Origin: the human T2T-CHM13v2.0 reference genome, Homo sapiens | DNA length: 64,000 nucleotides | NCBI RefSeq assembly: GCF_009914755.1 | Contig: NC_060931.1 | Direction: 5' to 3' (one strand) | Shown: one piece after another, positions 31,750 through 49,708 of the stretch | Position numbering within the stretch: position 1 is the first letter of the stretch | Layout of the letters: each line of letters opens with the position of its first letter | The notes under the pieces: generated by a model | What the model saw: only the letters and a program-made list of their open reading frames with translations | What the model was told of the DNA's origin: nothing | Databases searched by the model: none | Program-made: the position numbers and the translations under genes

Positions 31750-31875
31750 TAAGTATTATTCCATTCTTCTCCTTCCCCTACCATTTATTAAATGTTTCTC
31801 AGGAGCTAAGACCTGTGACAAACTCTTTACACCTTACCCCATTCACCTTTCCCAAAACTTTTGGGCTTTACTGTT

Positions 31876-32189
31876 TTATTGTTTTGTTTGTTTTTTTTTT
31901 TTTTTTGAGACAGAGTCTGGCTCTGTCACTCAGGCTGGAGTGCAGTGGCATGACTCAGCTCACTGCAGCCCCCACCTCCCAAGTTCAAGCGATTCTCCTG
32001 CCTCAGCCTCCCAAGCGTACTAGGATTACAGGTGTGCACCACCACACCTGGCTAATTTTTTGTATTTTTAGTAGAGACGGGATTTCTCCATGTTGGCCAG
32101 GCTGCCCTCAAACTCCTGACCTCAGCTGATCTACCTGCCTCGGCCTCCCAAAATGCTGGGATTACAGGCGTGAGCCACCACACCCAGCC
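31876..32189 (-). mobile_element. AluS
   Basis: Full dimer with poly-T. Confidence 0.95.
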
Positions 32190-32300
32190 TCACTCTCTCC
32201 CAAACTTTTGAGGTTGGTATTACATGAAGAAACCGAGAATAGAGAAGCTCTGTGTCTTACCCAGCATCACACAGCTGGTAGGTTTCTGTGTCATTTAGGG

Positions 32301-32616
32301 CAGCAGTCCCCAACCTTTTTGGCACCGGGGACCAGTTTCCTGGAAGACAATTCTTCCATGGATTGGGGTGGGGGGTGGTTTTGGAACGATTCAATCCCAT
32401 TACATTTCTCATTAGATTTTCATAAGGAGCCGGAAACCTAGATCCCTTGCACGTGCAGTTCACAATAGGGGTTGCACTCCTATGAGACTCTGATGCCACT
32501 GCTAATCTCACAGGAGGCAGAGCTCAGCTTCACTAACGCACCCACCGCTCACCTCCCACTGTGCAGCCCGCTTCCTAACAGGCCACAGTCCTTGCTCCGG
32601 GGGTTGGAAACTCGGG
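32301..32616 (-). mobile_element. MER1B hAT-Charlie element
   Basis: CAGCAGTCCCCAACCTTTTTGGCACC end; perfect 8 bp TSD ATTTAGGG. Confidence 0.88.
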
Positions 32617-32641
32617 ATTTAGGGCTCATAGCTGCAAGCTA

Positions 32642-33109
<468 letters not shown>

Positions 33110-33339
33110 CTACGCAGCTGGGAAAAATGCCCCATGCTTCAGTCAAAAGTTCTGCTCCTTGCTTCTTATGTGTGTCTCATGCCCAAGCCCAGTGTGGGCA
33201 CCTCTGATGGGCTGAGCCCAGGTCACCAGTCTGGGTCTGGAAAAGGAATTGTCTATTATAGTCAGGCCCTTGGAGTGGGAGGTAGCCTCTGCACACCACC
33301 AACTCCCAAAAGTTGGGGACTTTCCGCAACATAAGCAGG

Positions 33340-33842
33340 TATGGAAGTCAAAACAATGCCTCTCCAAAGATGTTCACAGAACCTATGAATATATTCAGTT
33401 ACATGGCAAAAGGGAATCAAGGAAGAAGCAAATGGAATTAAGGTTGCTAATCAGCTGACCTTGAAATAGGAAGATTATCCCGGATTATCCATGTGTAATG
33501 TCATCAATAAGGTTCGATGTAATCAACAATGGTGCCCCTAAATAGAAGAGGGGTACAGAAGAGTCAGAGTCAGAGAGAGGCAGCCTGAGAATGACTCAGC
33601 TGAACATCCCTGGCTTTAAAGATGGAAGAAAAAGCCATGAGACGAGGAACATGGGTGGCGTCTGGAAGCTGGAAAAGACGGAAATGGATTCCATCCTAGG
33701 GCCTCCAGGAAGGAACCCAGCCCTGCAGACACCTGGATGTGAGCCTAATGAGGCTTATTTGGACTTCTGAGCCTCAGAACTGTACGAAAATAAATTTCTG
33801 TTGTGTTAGGGTCACTATATTTGTGGCAATTTGTTACAGTAG
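33340..33842 (+). mobile_element. MLT1D-like MaLR LTR
   Basis: GGAATTAAGGTTGCTAATCAGCTGACCTTGAAATAGG...AGAACTGTACGAAAATAAATTTCTGTTG. Confidence 0.8.
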
Positions 33843-34756
33843 GTCGGATGCTGGGTCTTCAAGACACATGTCTGCTAGAACACAGAGTTCAAGATTCAAA
33901 ACCAGGTCTGTCTGTTTCCAAAGCCCATGCTCAAGAGCACTGTGCCATAGTGACTTGCACTGGGGATGATTCAAAATGAGGGCACTGAGGGTTGGAACAG
34001 AACCGCGTGGTGAAACAGATGGCATGAAAGGTGTGGAGTGTTGCAGTAATCCAAGTGAGACATGGAGGAAATGGAGAGAAAATAAATCCAGGCTTTAGAA
34101 ACGCTGTCTGGTGTCTGTAGGGGAGAATGAGCTGAGATTCAAGTAAGGGGCCTGCCAACCTGTGTTTTGGTTTGAAGGTACCATGTAAACCTGTGCGTGA
34201 GGGCTGAGGGTTTGAGAAAGACTTTGAAAGCATTAGGGGCTAAATAAAGTTATGCAAAATTTTCACTATCTCACGCATCCAAGTTCCTCAAGGGCTATAG
34301 TGTGATCCAAGAAGATAGAATTAACAACCGTAGCAAAATCAGAAACACACCGAACATTTGGAGGGAGGATCAGATTTGGAGTAAGTCTCTTTAGCGTCTA
34401 TATTAACTGCAGCAAAGCACAACAAATTCATTTAGGACTGCAAAGAAGGGAAAGTGTAAAAACTTTCTAGGTCACAGAAGGATGGTACATGCAAAATTAC
34501 TAAATTAAGACATTTAAAATTAGATTGATATCTTCTATATTTGGTATGCTATTTTTTTCCTTTTCTTAAAAAAACATATTTCTAGGGACTTTCAGATGTT
34601 TGCTACTGATTCTTGTCTCTGAGTTTTCTCCATGAGATCTTAGATCCCTCCATTGTAAATCAACTATGGCAGCAATGTAGAAACTGAATGGACAAATACA
34701 GCTCCTGCAGTCTGGGAGAGACATCTAGAAGTAACTTTTTATAGAATTCAGCTTCA

Positions 34757-35058
34757 GTTTTTTTTCTTTTTTGACACAGGATCTCACTATGTTGCCCAGT
34801 CCAGAGTGCAGTGGAACAATCATAGTTCACTGCAGCCTGGAACTTCCGGGGCTCAAATGATTCTCCCACCTCAGCCTCCTAAGTAGCTGGGACTATAGGT
34901 ACATGCCACCACAACCAGCTGAAATTTTTCTTTTTTATAGAGACAGGGGTCTCACTATGTTGCCCAGGCTGGTCTCAAATTCCTAGCTTCAAGCGCTCCT
35001 CCTACCTCTTAGCTTCCAAAGTGCTGAGCTTTACAGGCATAAGCCACTGTACCCAGCC
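34757..35058 (-). mobile_element. AluJ
   Basis: Dimer; TCAGCTTC flanks both ends. Confidence 0.92.
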
Positions 35059-35111
35059 TCAGCTTCTAGTTATTTCCCCAGCTATTTGGGAATCATAGCT
35101 GCAGACCATGC

Positions 35112-36387
<1,276 letters not shown>

Positions 36388-36505
36388 GAACCATGGTTTG
36401 TTGTTTTGTTTTGTTTTGTCTTGATTTTATTTTCTTTAGTCTCTGAGTTTCCCTAGTTGTCCTTTAGTAACACAGAAGTTGGTCATGAATTCTGATCATC
36501 TAAAA

Positions 36506-37023
36506 TAGGGGTCCCCAACAGTACTGGTCTGTGCCTTGTTAGGAACCAGGCCACACAGCAGGAGGTGAGCGGCAGGTGGGCGAGTGAAGCTTCATCTGTA
36601 TTTACAGCTGCTCTCCATCGCTCTCATTACCCCCTGAGCTCCACCTCCTGTCAAATCAGCAGTGGCATTAGATTCCAACAGGAGTGTGAACTCTACTGTG
36701 AACCGTGCACACGAAGGATCTAGGTTGCACGCTCCTTAGGAGAATGCAATGCCTGATGATCTGTCACTGTCTCCCATCACCTCCAAGTGGGACCATCTAG
36801 TTGCAGGAAAACAAACTCAGGGCCCAATGATTCAACTCACCATGATGGTGATTGTAGAATTATTTCATTATATATTACAATGTAATAGTAATAGAAATAA
36901 AATACATGATAAATGGAATGCACTTAAATCGTATCCAAATCATTCCTGCCCCCCAACCTTGTCAATGAAAAAATTGTCTTCCATGAAACCAGTCCCTAGT
37001 GCCAAAAAGGTTGGGGATCACTG
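36506..37023 (+). mobile_element. MER1A hAT-Charlie element
   Basis: AGGGGTCCCCAAC...GTGCCAAAAAGGTTGGGGATCACTG; degenerate TSD ATCTAAAA/ATCTATCA. Confidence 0.88.
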
Positions 37024-38145
37024 ATCTATCAGGACACTAATCGCTCATTCACTCAGAAGGCCAACCAGTACAAATGAAGAAGGAACAAAGTCAGCAAACT
37101 CCTTTGAACCTCCTCATGAATCTTAGCTCATTCTTAGAATCCAGAAAGCCAAACATCTTCTGGCATCTTTAGCCCTTGTTTTGTAATCTCTGTTCTGCCC
37201 AGTGTAACTTACCCTTCTCTCTCCCTGGCCCAGCTGGACTTCCAGCCTGGATGTGACTCTGAATCGTGCTCCCAGTAACTGGCCCCTGCCTGCCCCTGAC
37301 TTCACACACTGAAACTGGAGCTAAGAGATGCCTGCACTCTAATCCAGCCAGCCTGACCTAGGGTAAGAAACGTGTATGAGTCTCCTTCTTCCTAGGCCTG
37401 GATGCTCATACAGATTCCATGGGTATCCTAGCTCTGTTTGTCTTTTGAATTTTTAATTTTTTCATCATCTTTTTTTCTGATTCAGTCTTGATTTCTTACT
37501 ATGCGGCTTTCTCCCTTGGGCATATGTGCTCAATCCAAGCATCTGCTTACAGCCTCTTTTTGAATACTCGGGCAAATATTCATTGAATTTCTGTTTCATT
37601 GTTTTCCTCCTTTCTCAATAAATTATCCTGTCTCCTCTTAGAGGCCACCATGTCTCCCTTACTGAACTATACACTCTCATGTGCATGAAAAATCCCTCTG
37701 AATTTATCTTCATCTCCACTGCAACCTCAACTTGATTATTTTCTGTAGCCAGCTCATTCTTGCCACTGTCGGATATTAATGCATTACAGAGCCCACAGAA
37801 AAGTTTGCTGACTTTGTTCTTTCCTTGTTTGCATGGTTGGATTCCTGAATGAATGAGCTATAGGGAAAGAGATGGCTGCCTGAGCATAGACCCGCAGGCA
37901 ACCCCAGATTCCAGGGCCCTGTGCCACCCAAAATCACCAGCCCAGAGCCTGCTTCCCAAACTCATCAGGCCATTTCTGCCTATGTCAGGGAGGGTGAGTT
38001 CAAAGCTGAGCAGAATGATGGAATGGCATCTACTGGCCCCAGCTGCCACGTCTGGGTGTGGTCCAGGTCTACCCCAGTACTTCTCAGTCCCTATATAGGG
38101 CTTATAAACCCGAGGATGATGGTGATGCCACTGTTTACACTCTAA

Positions 38146-38579
<434 letters not shown>

Positions 38580-38606
38580 ATCCTATTTCTTAGAAAGAAA
38601 CATTTA

Positions 38607-38809
38607 CCACCCTGGCCAACAGGGAGAAACCCCACCTCTATTAAAAATACAAAATTAGCAGGTCCTGGTGGCACACACTTTTAATCCCAGCTACTTGGGA
38701 GGCTGAGGCAGGAGAATGGCTTGAACCCGGGAGTGGGAGGTTGCCTTGAGCAGAGATTGCACCACTGCACTCTAGCCTGGGAGACAGAGTGAGACTCCAT
38801 GAAAAAAAA
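38607..38809 (+). mobile_element. 5'-truncated Alu
   Basis: TSD AGAAAGAAACATTTA (38592/39122) encloses the Alu and its expanded tail. Confidence 0.9.
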
Positions 38810-39130
38810 GAAAGAAAGAAGGAAAAAAAGAAGGAAAGAAAAAGGAAGGAAGGAAGGAAGAGAAAGAGAGAAAGAAGGAAAGGAAAGGAAGAAAGAAAGA
38901 GAAAGAAAAGAAGAACAAGGAGGAGGAGGAAAGGAAGGAAGGAGAAAGAGAAAGAAAGAAAGAAAGAAAGAAGGAAAGAAAGAAAGAAAGAGAAAAGAAA
39001 GAAGGAAAGAAAGGAGAAAGAAAGAAAGAAAGAAAAAGAAAGAAAGAAAGAAAAAGAGAAAAGAAAGAAGGAAAGAAAGGAGAAAGAAAGAAAGAAAAGA
39101 GAGAGAGAAAGGAAGAAAGAAAGAAAGAAA
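38810..39130 (+). repeat. (GAAA)n/(GGAA)n compound purine tract
   Basis: Read directly from the sequence. Confidence 0.95.
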
Positions 39131-39421
39131 CATTTAATATGGACTTATGAACATAAGCCATGCCTGTGTCTTGGGCGGTGGTGAGATGAGATGGTGGATC
39201 CCACACCACAACTTCGGGACTGAGAGCTTATCTACCATTGGGAAAGGGTGATTCAGAAGGGAGGCTTGGGATAATTGAAATGCAATAACATCAAGGTTGT
39301 TTGATTTAAGGGCAGGATTTACAATAAGTAGCTGCTTTTATACAAGGAACAATAGATAAACTGGAAATCTTAGATGTCTTCCCAGAACTGCTAGTTAAGC
39401 AGAAGCCAACATGGCAGATTA

Positions 39422-39940
<519 letters not shown>

Positions 39941-40290
39941 CTAAGGGTAAAGGAACATTTTTTTAATCCTAACATAAAAGTGGGGAGCATTTCCCTTGTG
40001 ACTTCTCTTTAGGACATGATGGAATAGTTCACAGCTCATCAGTGGAAGGCAAGGGGGCCAGGGAAACACCATGGCCCTCATGTTTGCAAATGGTTCCACC
40101 TTTTCTAGCTGCACAGTCTGGGACAAGTTATTTAATTTCCCTGAGCCTCTATGTCCTCTTATGTAAAGTGGAGGAAATATTTCCTATGTTGCATGTTTGC
40201 CTTACAAAGGAAATGAGACAACACACTTCGTTGCAGTGTCTGCCCTTCTCCCTAGGTTCTGATCTGGTAATGACCTTCCAGGTTTGGTAT

Positions 40291-40784
40291 TGTTACCAAA
40301 ACACCAGGGGCCGGGTCTAGATCCTGCTGCTCACTGCACAAAAAGCCAATCACTGAGACAATTAGCATCGCCAGTGAAGAAAGGCTTTAATCAGGTGCTG
40401 CCACTAAGGAGATGGGAGCTCAGTCTCAAATCCATCTCCTCTGAACCAGTTAAGTCAGGGGTTTATATAACAGGGAAGAAATGTAACTACATGCCGAAAA
40501 ACAGGAATTATGGAGGGATAAGGAAGATGAGTTGGTCAACAGGCAGCAGGGATTGGTTAGGCAATTATGACAGGTGAGGGGTCTGGTGTCTCATTGTCCT
40601 GGTGATCTGGTGAGTTTCAGTTCCTTGATACTATCTGGGAGGACTGATGGTTGGTTTCCTGAGAAAGTAACTTAGATAAGATAAATGTAAGTTTCTCAAG
40701 TTTTAAGGCTGAAAGGGTCAATTTCTATGTTTATTCAAATAAAACCATAAGCATCGATTCTATGGGACAATTGGGCAGGTTTTA
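40291..40784 (-). mobile_element. LOR1-type ERV1 solo LTR
   Basis: TTCTATGGGACAATTGGGCAGGTTT end; 4 bp TSD GTAT/GCAT. Confidence 0.75.
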
Positions 40785-40990
40785 GCATTAGTTTGTAATT
40801 TTGTGAGACTTTGACCAGTATAAAGAATTCTCTAGGCAGCAGGACTGCCCAGGTTCTGGTCTTACTTTTGTCCCTAGATTGTTGAGGGATCTTAGGCAGG
40901 TGATAAACAGGATAGTAGAACTCATAGGATTTGGGGAGGATTTAAAAGAGATCATTGATGTGAAATACTCAGCAGATATTTCTAACTCTT

Positions 40991-41149
40991 ATTTTTTTTA
41001 AAGAGACAGGGTCTTGCTCTGTCACCCAGGCTAGAGTGCAGTGGTGCAATTATAGCTCACTGCAGCCTTAACCTCATGTGTTCAAGCAATCCTCCCCACT
41101 CAGCCTCTGGAGTAGCTGAGACTACAGGCATGCATCACCATGCCCAGCC
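40991..41149 (-). mobile_element. FRAM / Alu right monomer
   Basis: TSD ATATTTCTAAC. Confidence 0.88.
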
Positions 41150-42176
41150 AAATATTTCTAACAAATATTTATTAATATACAAGTTCGTGATTATTTTGAC
41201 ATCTTATAATTTCCCTAGGAGAATACAGATGGGAAGTGTGGGGTTAAGTTGAATATACTTGCCAGCTAAAAGAGAAGCCTACGTTGATGTTTATAGCACC
41301 TTTCTATGTATAGAATTTTGTGTACATTGATCCAGTAAACCCTGAAATGAGTGAGGCAATTCGTAATTACTCCCATTTTACCAGGGAGGTAATTGGGAAG
41401 TGGAGAATGTCAATGGCTTTTCCAAGGTCATAGGGCCAGTAAGTGAGAGCACCAATCCTTGTGACACTCAGCTCAATGATCCATAGTCCGCTGACTTTCA
41501 CAGTGAAAGTTGAGTCAATGGGAGCATGTCCTCCAGGCTGGAGTTAAGACAATTTTCTTTTAGACCTTTAATAAAGCCATTTGTTTGTTTTAGAGCCTCG
41601 TGTAGTTTTTTCCTCTTCTCTGCCTGCCACTTGCCTCTTAGCAAGAAAAGGACGACAGCTCAGTTATTCAGCTGGTCTTTGAGATTCTGGGCATCAAATA
41701 GAATCAGTCTCTGAGGTCAATCCAAATGATTATTTGAGGGACTCAATTTCCTTTAGAGAAGGCACATTGTCAGTTCAATCTGCTGTGGAATTTGTAGTAT
41801 TAATGAATTGAAGTATGCTTTAGGGATTTCTCCCAGATGCTTATTTTAATTTAAGCTCTAGGGGTTTAACTTTTTCAAAATACTCAATTTTGTTCATTAT
41901 GAAAACTAATAACTGGCTTATTTCACTGCTAATTTGGGTACGAAGGTTAATTATCTATAGTGGAGTGGTGTCGAGCTAATCTGAAGTCTACCTGAACAGG
42001 GCACTGTGGCTAATTTATTCCCCTATGCACTGAGAAATGAGTATTTCTTTGTGGGGGAAAAAAGCTCCACTTGATGTAGATTCTTTTTGTCTCTGCTCTT
42101 TGTAAAAGGAGCTGTAAGTCTCCAAGATGGCAGGCAATCTTTCCATTTGTAGGGTGTTGTGAAATTCATTTAGTTA

Positions 42177-42728
<552 letters not shown>

Positions 42729-42999
42729 CTATCCTAAGAGCCCTATTAAGTACTTTATTCCACAACTTCGCGAATGAATAAATTGAGGTCCAGAGAGATC
42801 CAGGTGTCCATGGCATGCAGGTGTGAAGAGTGAGAACTGAATATGGGTTTCCTGCTTCCTAATTCTTCACTCCATTTTGCCACACCACCTATGTTATCTG
42901 TAATGTATTCCAAAAGCCATGTTACTTTTAGGGTCATCTACTATATCAGACATACAGCTATATAATTCTGTTTTGTGTACTCTAAGAAATCCAGTTTTG

Positions 43000-43280
43000 G
43001 GCTCTGTAAGGTGGCTTATGCCTGTAATCCCAGCTCTTTGGGAGGTCGAGGTGGAAGGATTGCTTGAGGCTTGGAGTTTGAGACCAGGCTGGGCAACATA
43101 GCCGATTCCATCTCTAGAAAAAAATATATTTTTTAATTAGCCAGGCATGGTGGTACATGCCTGTAGTCCCAGCTACTCAGATGCTGAGGCAGGAGGATTG
43201 CTTGATCCCAGAAGATCAAACTATAGTTGTGCCACTGCACTCCAGCTTGGGCACGAGAGTGAGACCTTGTCTCTCCAAAA
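43000..43280 (+). mobile_element. AluJ
   Basis: Diverged dimer. Confidence 0.92.
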
Positions 43281-43653
43281 GAGGAAGGAATGAAGGAAGG
43301 AAGGAAGGAAGGAAGGAAGGAAGGAAGGGAGGGAGGGAGGGGAAAAAGAGAGAGAGTGAGGGAGGCAGGGAGGGAAGGAAAGAAGGAAGGAAGGAGGGAG
43401 AAGGGAAGGAAAAGAAAAAAGGAAGGAAGAAAGGATGGAGGGAAGGAAAGAAGGAAGGAAGGAAAGAAGGGAGGGAGGGAGGGGAAAAAGAAGAGTGAGG
43501 GAGGCAGGGAGGGAAGGAAGGAAGGAAGGAAGGGAAGGAGGGAGAAAAGAGTGAGGGAGGCAAGGAGGGAAGGAGGGAAGGAAGGAAGGAGGGAGAAGGG
43601 AAGGAAAGGAAAAAAGGAAGGAAGGATGGAGGGAAGGAAGGAAGGAAGGAAAG
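43281..43653 (+). repeat. GGAA/GGGA-rich compound repeat
   Basis: Purine tract with internally duplicated blocks (GAGTGAGGGAGGCA x3, GGATGGAGGGAAGG x2). Confidence 0.95.
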
Positions 43654-44691
43654 ATTTCAATTTTGCCTCCAGGAAGAAAGATGAACTAACACTGCCTGAA
43701 GGCCCCTAGGAGCACTCTTCATCATTTGATGATACCTTTGTTTGTCTTTTTTTGCCTATAGGGTCAACACTTTCTCCCTCTGCTGGCCCTGTTCTTCGGA
43801 TAGCAGGCGCGGTGTCTGAACCTAAGTGATGCTCGCATTCCTCTCAAGGAACTAAAGCCAGATTTGGCCCTGAAGTTTCTTTCTGCACGTTAGTCTTTGG
43901 AGCTCTCTTTCCCAGTCCACCTCTGATTTATTTAAAAATTACTTTCTAAACCAACTTGAAGCCACTCAAAATTAATTTAAACTCCCCCAAAACTGAATTT
44001 GTCCATGTCCACCATTGTAATTTGTTACCTTGCATTATAACCTACTACAGAACCATGGTGATGTCAGAACTCCAATGATGTAGTGTGGTCTCCATGTACA
44101 ATATATCATAAGAGCGGTTTCAGCTTGGATGATCGATGGAGTAAGCCTGGGAAGAATTTAAAAAGAGACCGAAATTTCTCAGATTTTTTTTTATTCCCTT
44201 TAAGTGGTTGAAGGCGTCACCCCCAAGAGATTACTGAAAGTCTAAATCATTCTTTCCCCTTCTTGCTCTGCATCACACAGAGGTCTGCAAAGGCAATTAA
44301 CCCAGCATGTTGGCAGAAGTGCTGAGGCATAATTGGCTGTTGCTGTGGCCTTGTAGCTTTGGCCATGACATTGTCCTGTCCACTGGGAAAGGGGAAACAA
44401 ACCTGCTTTTGCTTAAAGACGTCACCAATGAGGCACAATCATGTACCACTCATCCCTTTGGCAGGCTCCAGAGCTTTGGGTCCTTAGTAAGGTTTGTCCC
44501 TGAGAAAGGGGAAAGAACTCACTTCCAGTCTGCACACCTGGGCTTCCCTTTGAGGTCAGTGCCTCCCAGGCAATCAGCTGGGTTTAACTCATCAATACCA
44601 AGCTGAGGCTCTGTAATCAGGGAGAATAACCAGAACACTCTGGAAAAATAATAAAATGTCCTTTACTTATAAGCGAGATAGAATATTTTGC

Positions 44692-44957
44692 TTTTTTAGC
44701 AACAGGTTCTCACTCTGTTTCCCATGGCTTACTGCAGCCTCAACCTCCTGGGCTCAAGTGATTCTCCCACTTCAGCCTCCCAGGTAGCTGGGACCACAGG
44801 TGTGCACCACCACACTTGGCTAATTTTTGTATTTTTTTGTAGAGACAGCGTTTCACCGTGTTGCCCAGGCTGGTCTTGAATTCCTGAGCTCAAGTGATAC
44901 ACCCACCTCGGCCGCCCAAAGTGCTGGGATTACAAGTGAGCACCACTGCACCAGGCC
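44692..44957 (-). mobile_element. AluJ
   Basis: Dimer with a small deletion. Confidence 0.9.
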
Positions 44958-45287
44958 AACATCGGTACTTTTTATCCATTCAACTTGCTTTCTTGAGTGA
45001 AAGAAAAAGGGAGAGTGGTAACCATTGCATTGAGAATTGTAGGTGCTCCTTTGGGATTAAAATTCACACTAATGTGCAAATGACTTGTGTAAGACCTTGA
45101 TGGAATCTATTAAATTTAGCCAAATATGGCTTCCTTACCTATTTTAAGTTCAACTTAAAGCTCTCACTGTCCATAGTGAACTGTGACTTAGCTGAATGTG
45201 TAAGCAGACTATAATCTACTCTTCTGCCGATTGCCAAGTTTTGGCAAATGAAAGGCAGCCAACTGTTGAAACCATGTTCAAATAAGA

Positions 45288-45738
45288 TGTATTAGTCAGG
45301 GCTCTCTAGACAGACAGAACTAACAGGATAGATACACATATAAAGGGGAGTTTATTAAGGAGTATTGACTCACACAATCACAAGGGGAAGTCCCACCATA
45401 GGCCATCTGCAGGCTGAGGAGCAAGGAAGACAGACTGAGTCCCAAAGCTGAAGAATTTGAGTCTGATGTTCGAGGGCAGGAAGCATCCACCGTGGGAGAA
45501 AGATACAGGCTGGGAGGCTAAGCCAGTCTGATCTCTCCACATTCTTCTGCCTGTTTTTATGCTGGCCATGCTGGCAGCTAATTAGATGGTGCCCACCCAG
45601 ATTGAGGGTGGGTCTGCCTTTCCCAGTCCACTGACTCAAATGTTAATCTCCTTTGGCAACACCCTCAGAGACACACCCAGGAACAATACTTTGCATTCTT
45701 CAATCCAATCAAGTTGACACTCAGTATTAACCATCACA
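45288..45738 (-). mobile_element. MLT2A1-type HERV-L solo LTR
   Basis: Reverse strand starts TGTGATGGTTAATACTGAGTGTCAACTTGATTGGATTGAAG; 5 bp TSD TAAGA/TAAGG; ~450 bp. Confidence 0.88.
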
Positions 45739-45909
45739 TAAGGCAAATGTTGAGCTGTAACCAATCTGGCTATTTCTGTACCTCACTTCCATTTTCTGTA
45801 CATCACCTTCCCTTCTCTGTCCATGAACTTTCCACCATGTGGCTGCACTGGAGCCTCTCACAGAGCCCCTCTCTGCACTGGAGCCTATTCTGGTTTAAGG
45901 GCTGCCTGA

Positions 45910-46574
<665 letters not shown>

Positions 46575-46837
46575 TGAGCCACCACACCTGGCCATGTTAA
46601 ATGTAATTTGTCTAAGGTTTTTCTTTTAACAAATCGAATGTGAGAGCAGAGGTCTTCCCATTGTCTGGGAAGGATTGCAATATAGCTGAGATCACTGAAG
46701 ATAACTGCTTCAATGTCAGAATTTTACTATGAAAATTAACTTTTTCTTTGCTCCCTTCTTTGGCATGAAGTTTCTCCAAAATAACAACACATATATGCAC
46801 ACATGCACACATACATACATGATACAAGCATAGCTCA

Positions 46838-47302
<465 letters not shown>

Positions 47303-48524
47303 TCAAACACACAGAAACACTCCCAAGGGTTGGGAGTGGGGCAGGGATAAGACACATCCATGGGCTGCCCCAAAAACACTCTTCTGGACCAGCCACGGCC
47401 TTGCTAGAACCCAGTATATCATCAGCATGTTTGGTCCACTAGCAATGGCCCAGACCTGCTCACGTCACTGGTTCCCCTTAGATTTAGCAGCTCCTATGGT
47501 TGCACTTGAACCTAAGCTCTGTTGCAGGCAATGAGACAGTGTGAGAAGGCAGATTATCAGCAGATCCAGTGCACACAGCCTCCAGGGAATGACATGCCCT
47601 GTGTGACCTTGGGCTGCTCACTTATTGTTCCATCTCCTGCTCAGCACAGCACCTGACTTATACAGGTGTTTAATAAATATCCGATCTCCCGTTCACCAAA
47701 TTCAAAAGGTGCAGGTATCTCAAATACATCTCATGGCTTGACTGTATCTAAACTTCATTATAAAGGCTTGCTTTATTCTTATTGTTTCTAAACCAATGAC
47801 AGCATCATGGCCCCACAGAGACTCACCCAACGAAGGAGGCGATAATTTCATTCTTGCTGAAGACACGCTATTCTAATGCAGATGATGAATACACTTTACC
47901 TGAGCAAACCCACTTGAATTAATCACAGCTGTTCTGTTTCTCAGAATCTATTATGCAATTTTCCCTTGCCATGGGCTCCTTTAAAAAATGGAAATACCAA
48001 GCAAAATAACTGAGGGGAAAATATCATTTAATGAAGAATCAAAATTTAATCTAAAACATGGAAAAGAACTTAAAAGACCCAGACTTCCAGAGCTTCACAT
48101 GGTATTTCCACAGGTTAAGAAGATTTTTAAAATTCAAGAAATTAAATATCCATCCCATGTCTAATGCCCCTGCTAATTATACTAAATCAAATTTTATCAT
48201 GATTAGAACTTTCGTGTGTGTTCTCGAATGCATGCCATGTTCTAAAACCGAGTTATATTTTTATCCATCTCCCCCAAATCAAAACGTTGCGTATGTAGAA
48301 ACAGCATCATCACATACCTTGGTATTTACTAAAACGGGGCCAAATTCCACTAGTTCTACTTGTCAAAGTCATACACGCTGTAGTGGAAGTAAAATGTGGA
48401 ACCCGAAAAGCAAACTCACCCCCTCATCTGTGAGCTGTTGGCTTTGATTTATCTACATTTCCGAAGTCATAAGGAGAAAGTGACGTACAGGGGGTGCAGG
48501 ATAAGGAGGCCCCCCCCAGGGTGA

Positions 48525-48818
<294 letters not shown>

Positions 48819-49103
48819 TGAGTACCTATTCTGAAGAGCCTCAGGGATGGGAGAGAAGTTCAAGGGAAGGGAAGGGAAGGGAAAAACTCTGGTTGTGGAA
48901 AATGTAGCCAGTTGTATCTTCAATCTGATCTTCTTCCACAAGCAGATACTTCCGTACCATAGTATCCACCTGCCACTGCCTGAGCTGCATGATGTTAGGG
49001 AGGAGGTGATAAGGAGGAGCTGGGGATAAAGAGAATATCATCCATAGTTCTCCTACCCTTATTCTTTTGCCATTTGTTGCCCCTGAATTTATTTATTTTT
49101 AAA

Positions 49104-49495
<392 letters not shown>

Positions 49496-49708
49496 TCAAC
49501 AGGTAGATATGAGGAGTCAGAGATCAGAGAATCCTGGATTTCCTCAAACTAGGCAGAGCCCAGAAAGGCAGCAAGACCCTACCAACAAAAGATCTCATGA
49601 TGCACAAAGTCCATGAGTTTTCCCACCTCTCAGGGCATCTTAGGTGAAGAGTACTTTTCTTGGATGCCCAACAGCAGCACAGACTTGGCACAAAACTCCA
49701 TGAGAGAT

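Noticed and set aside
38681-39209. K/E/R-rich and F/L/S-rich ORFs (also 14256-14808 and 43133-43709)
   Set aside because: They are translations of purine/pyrimidine microsatellites.
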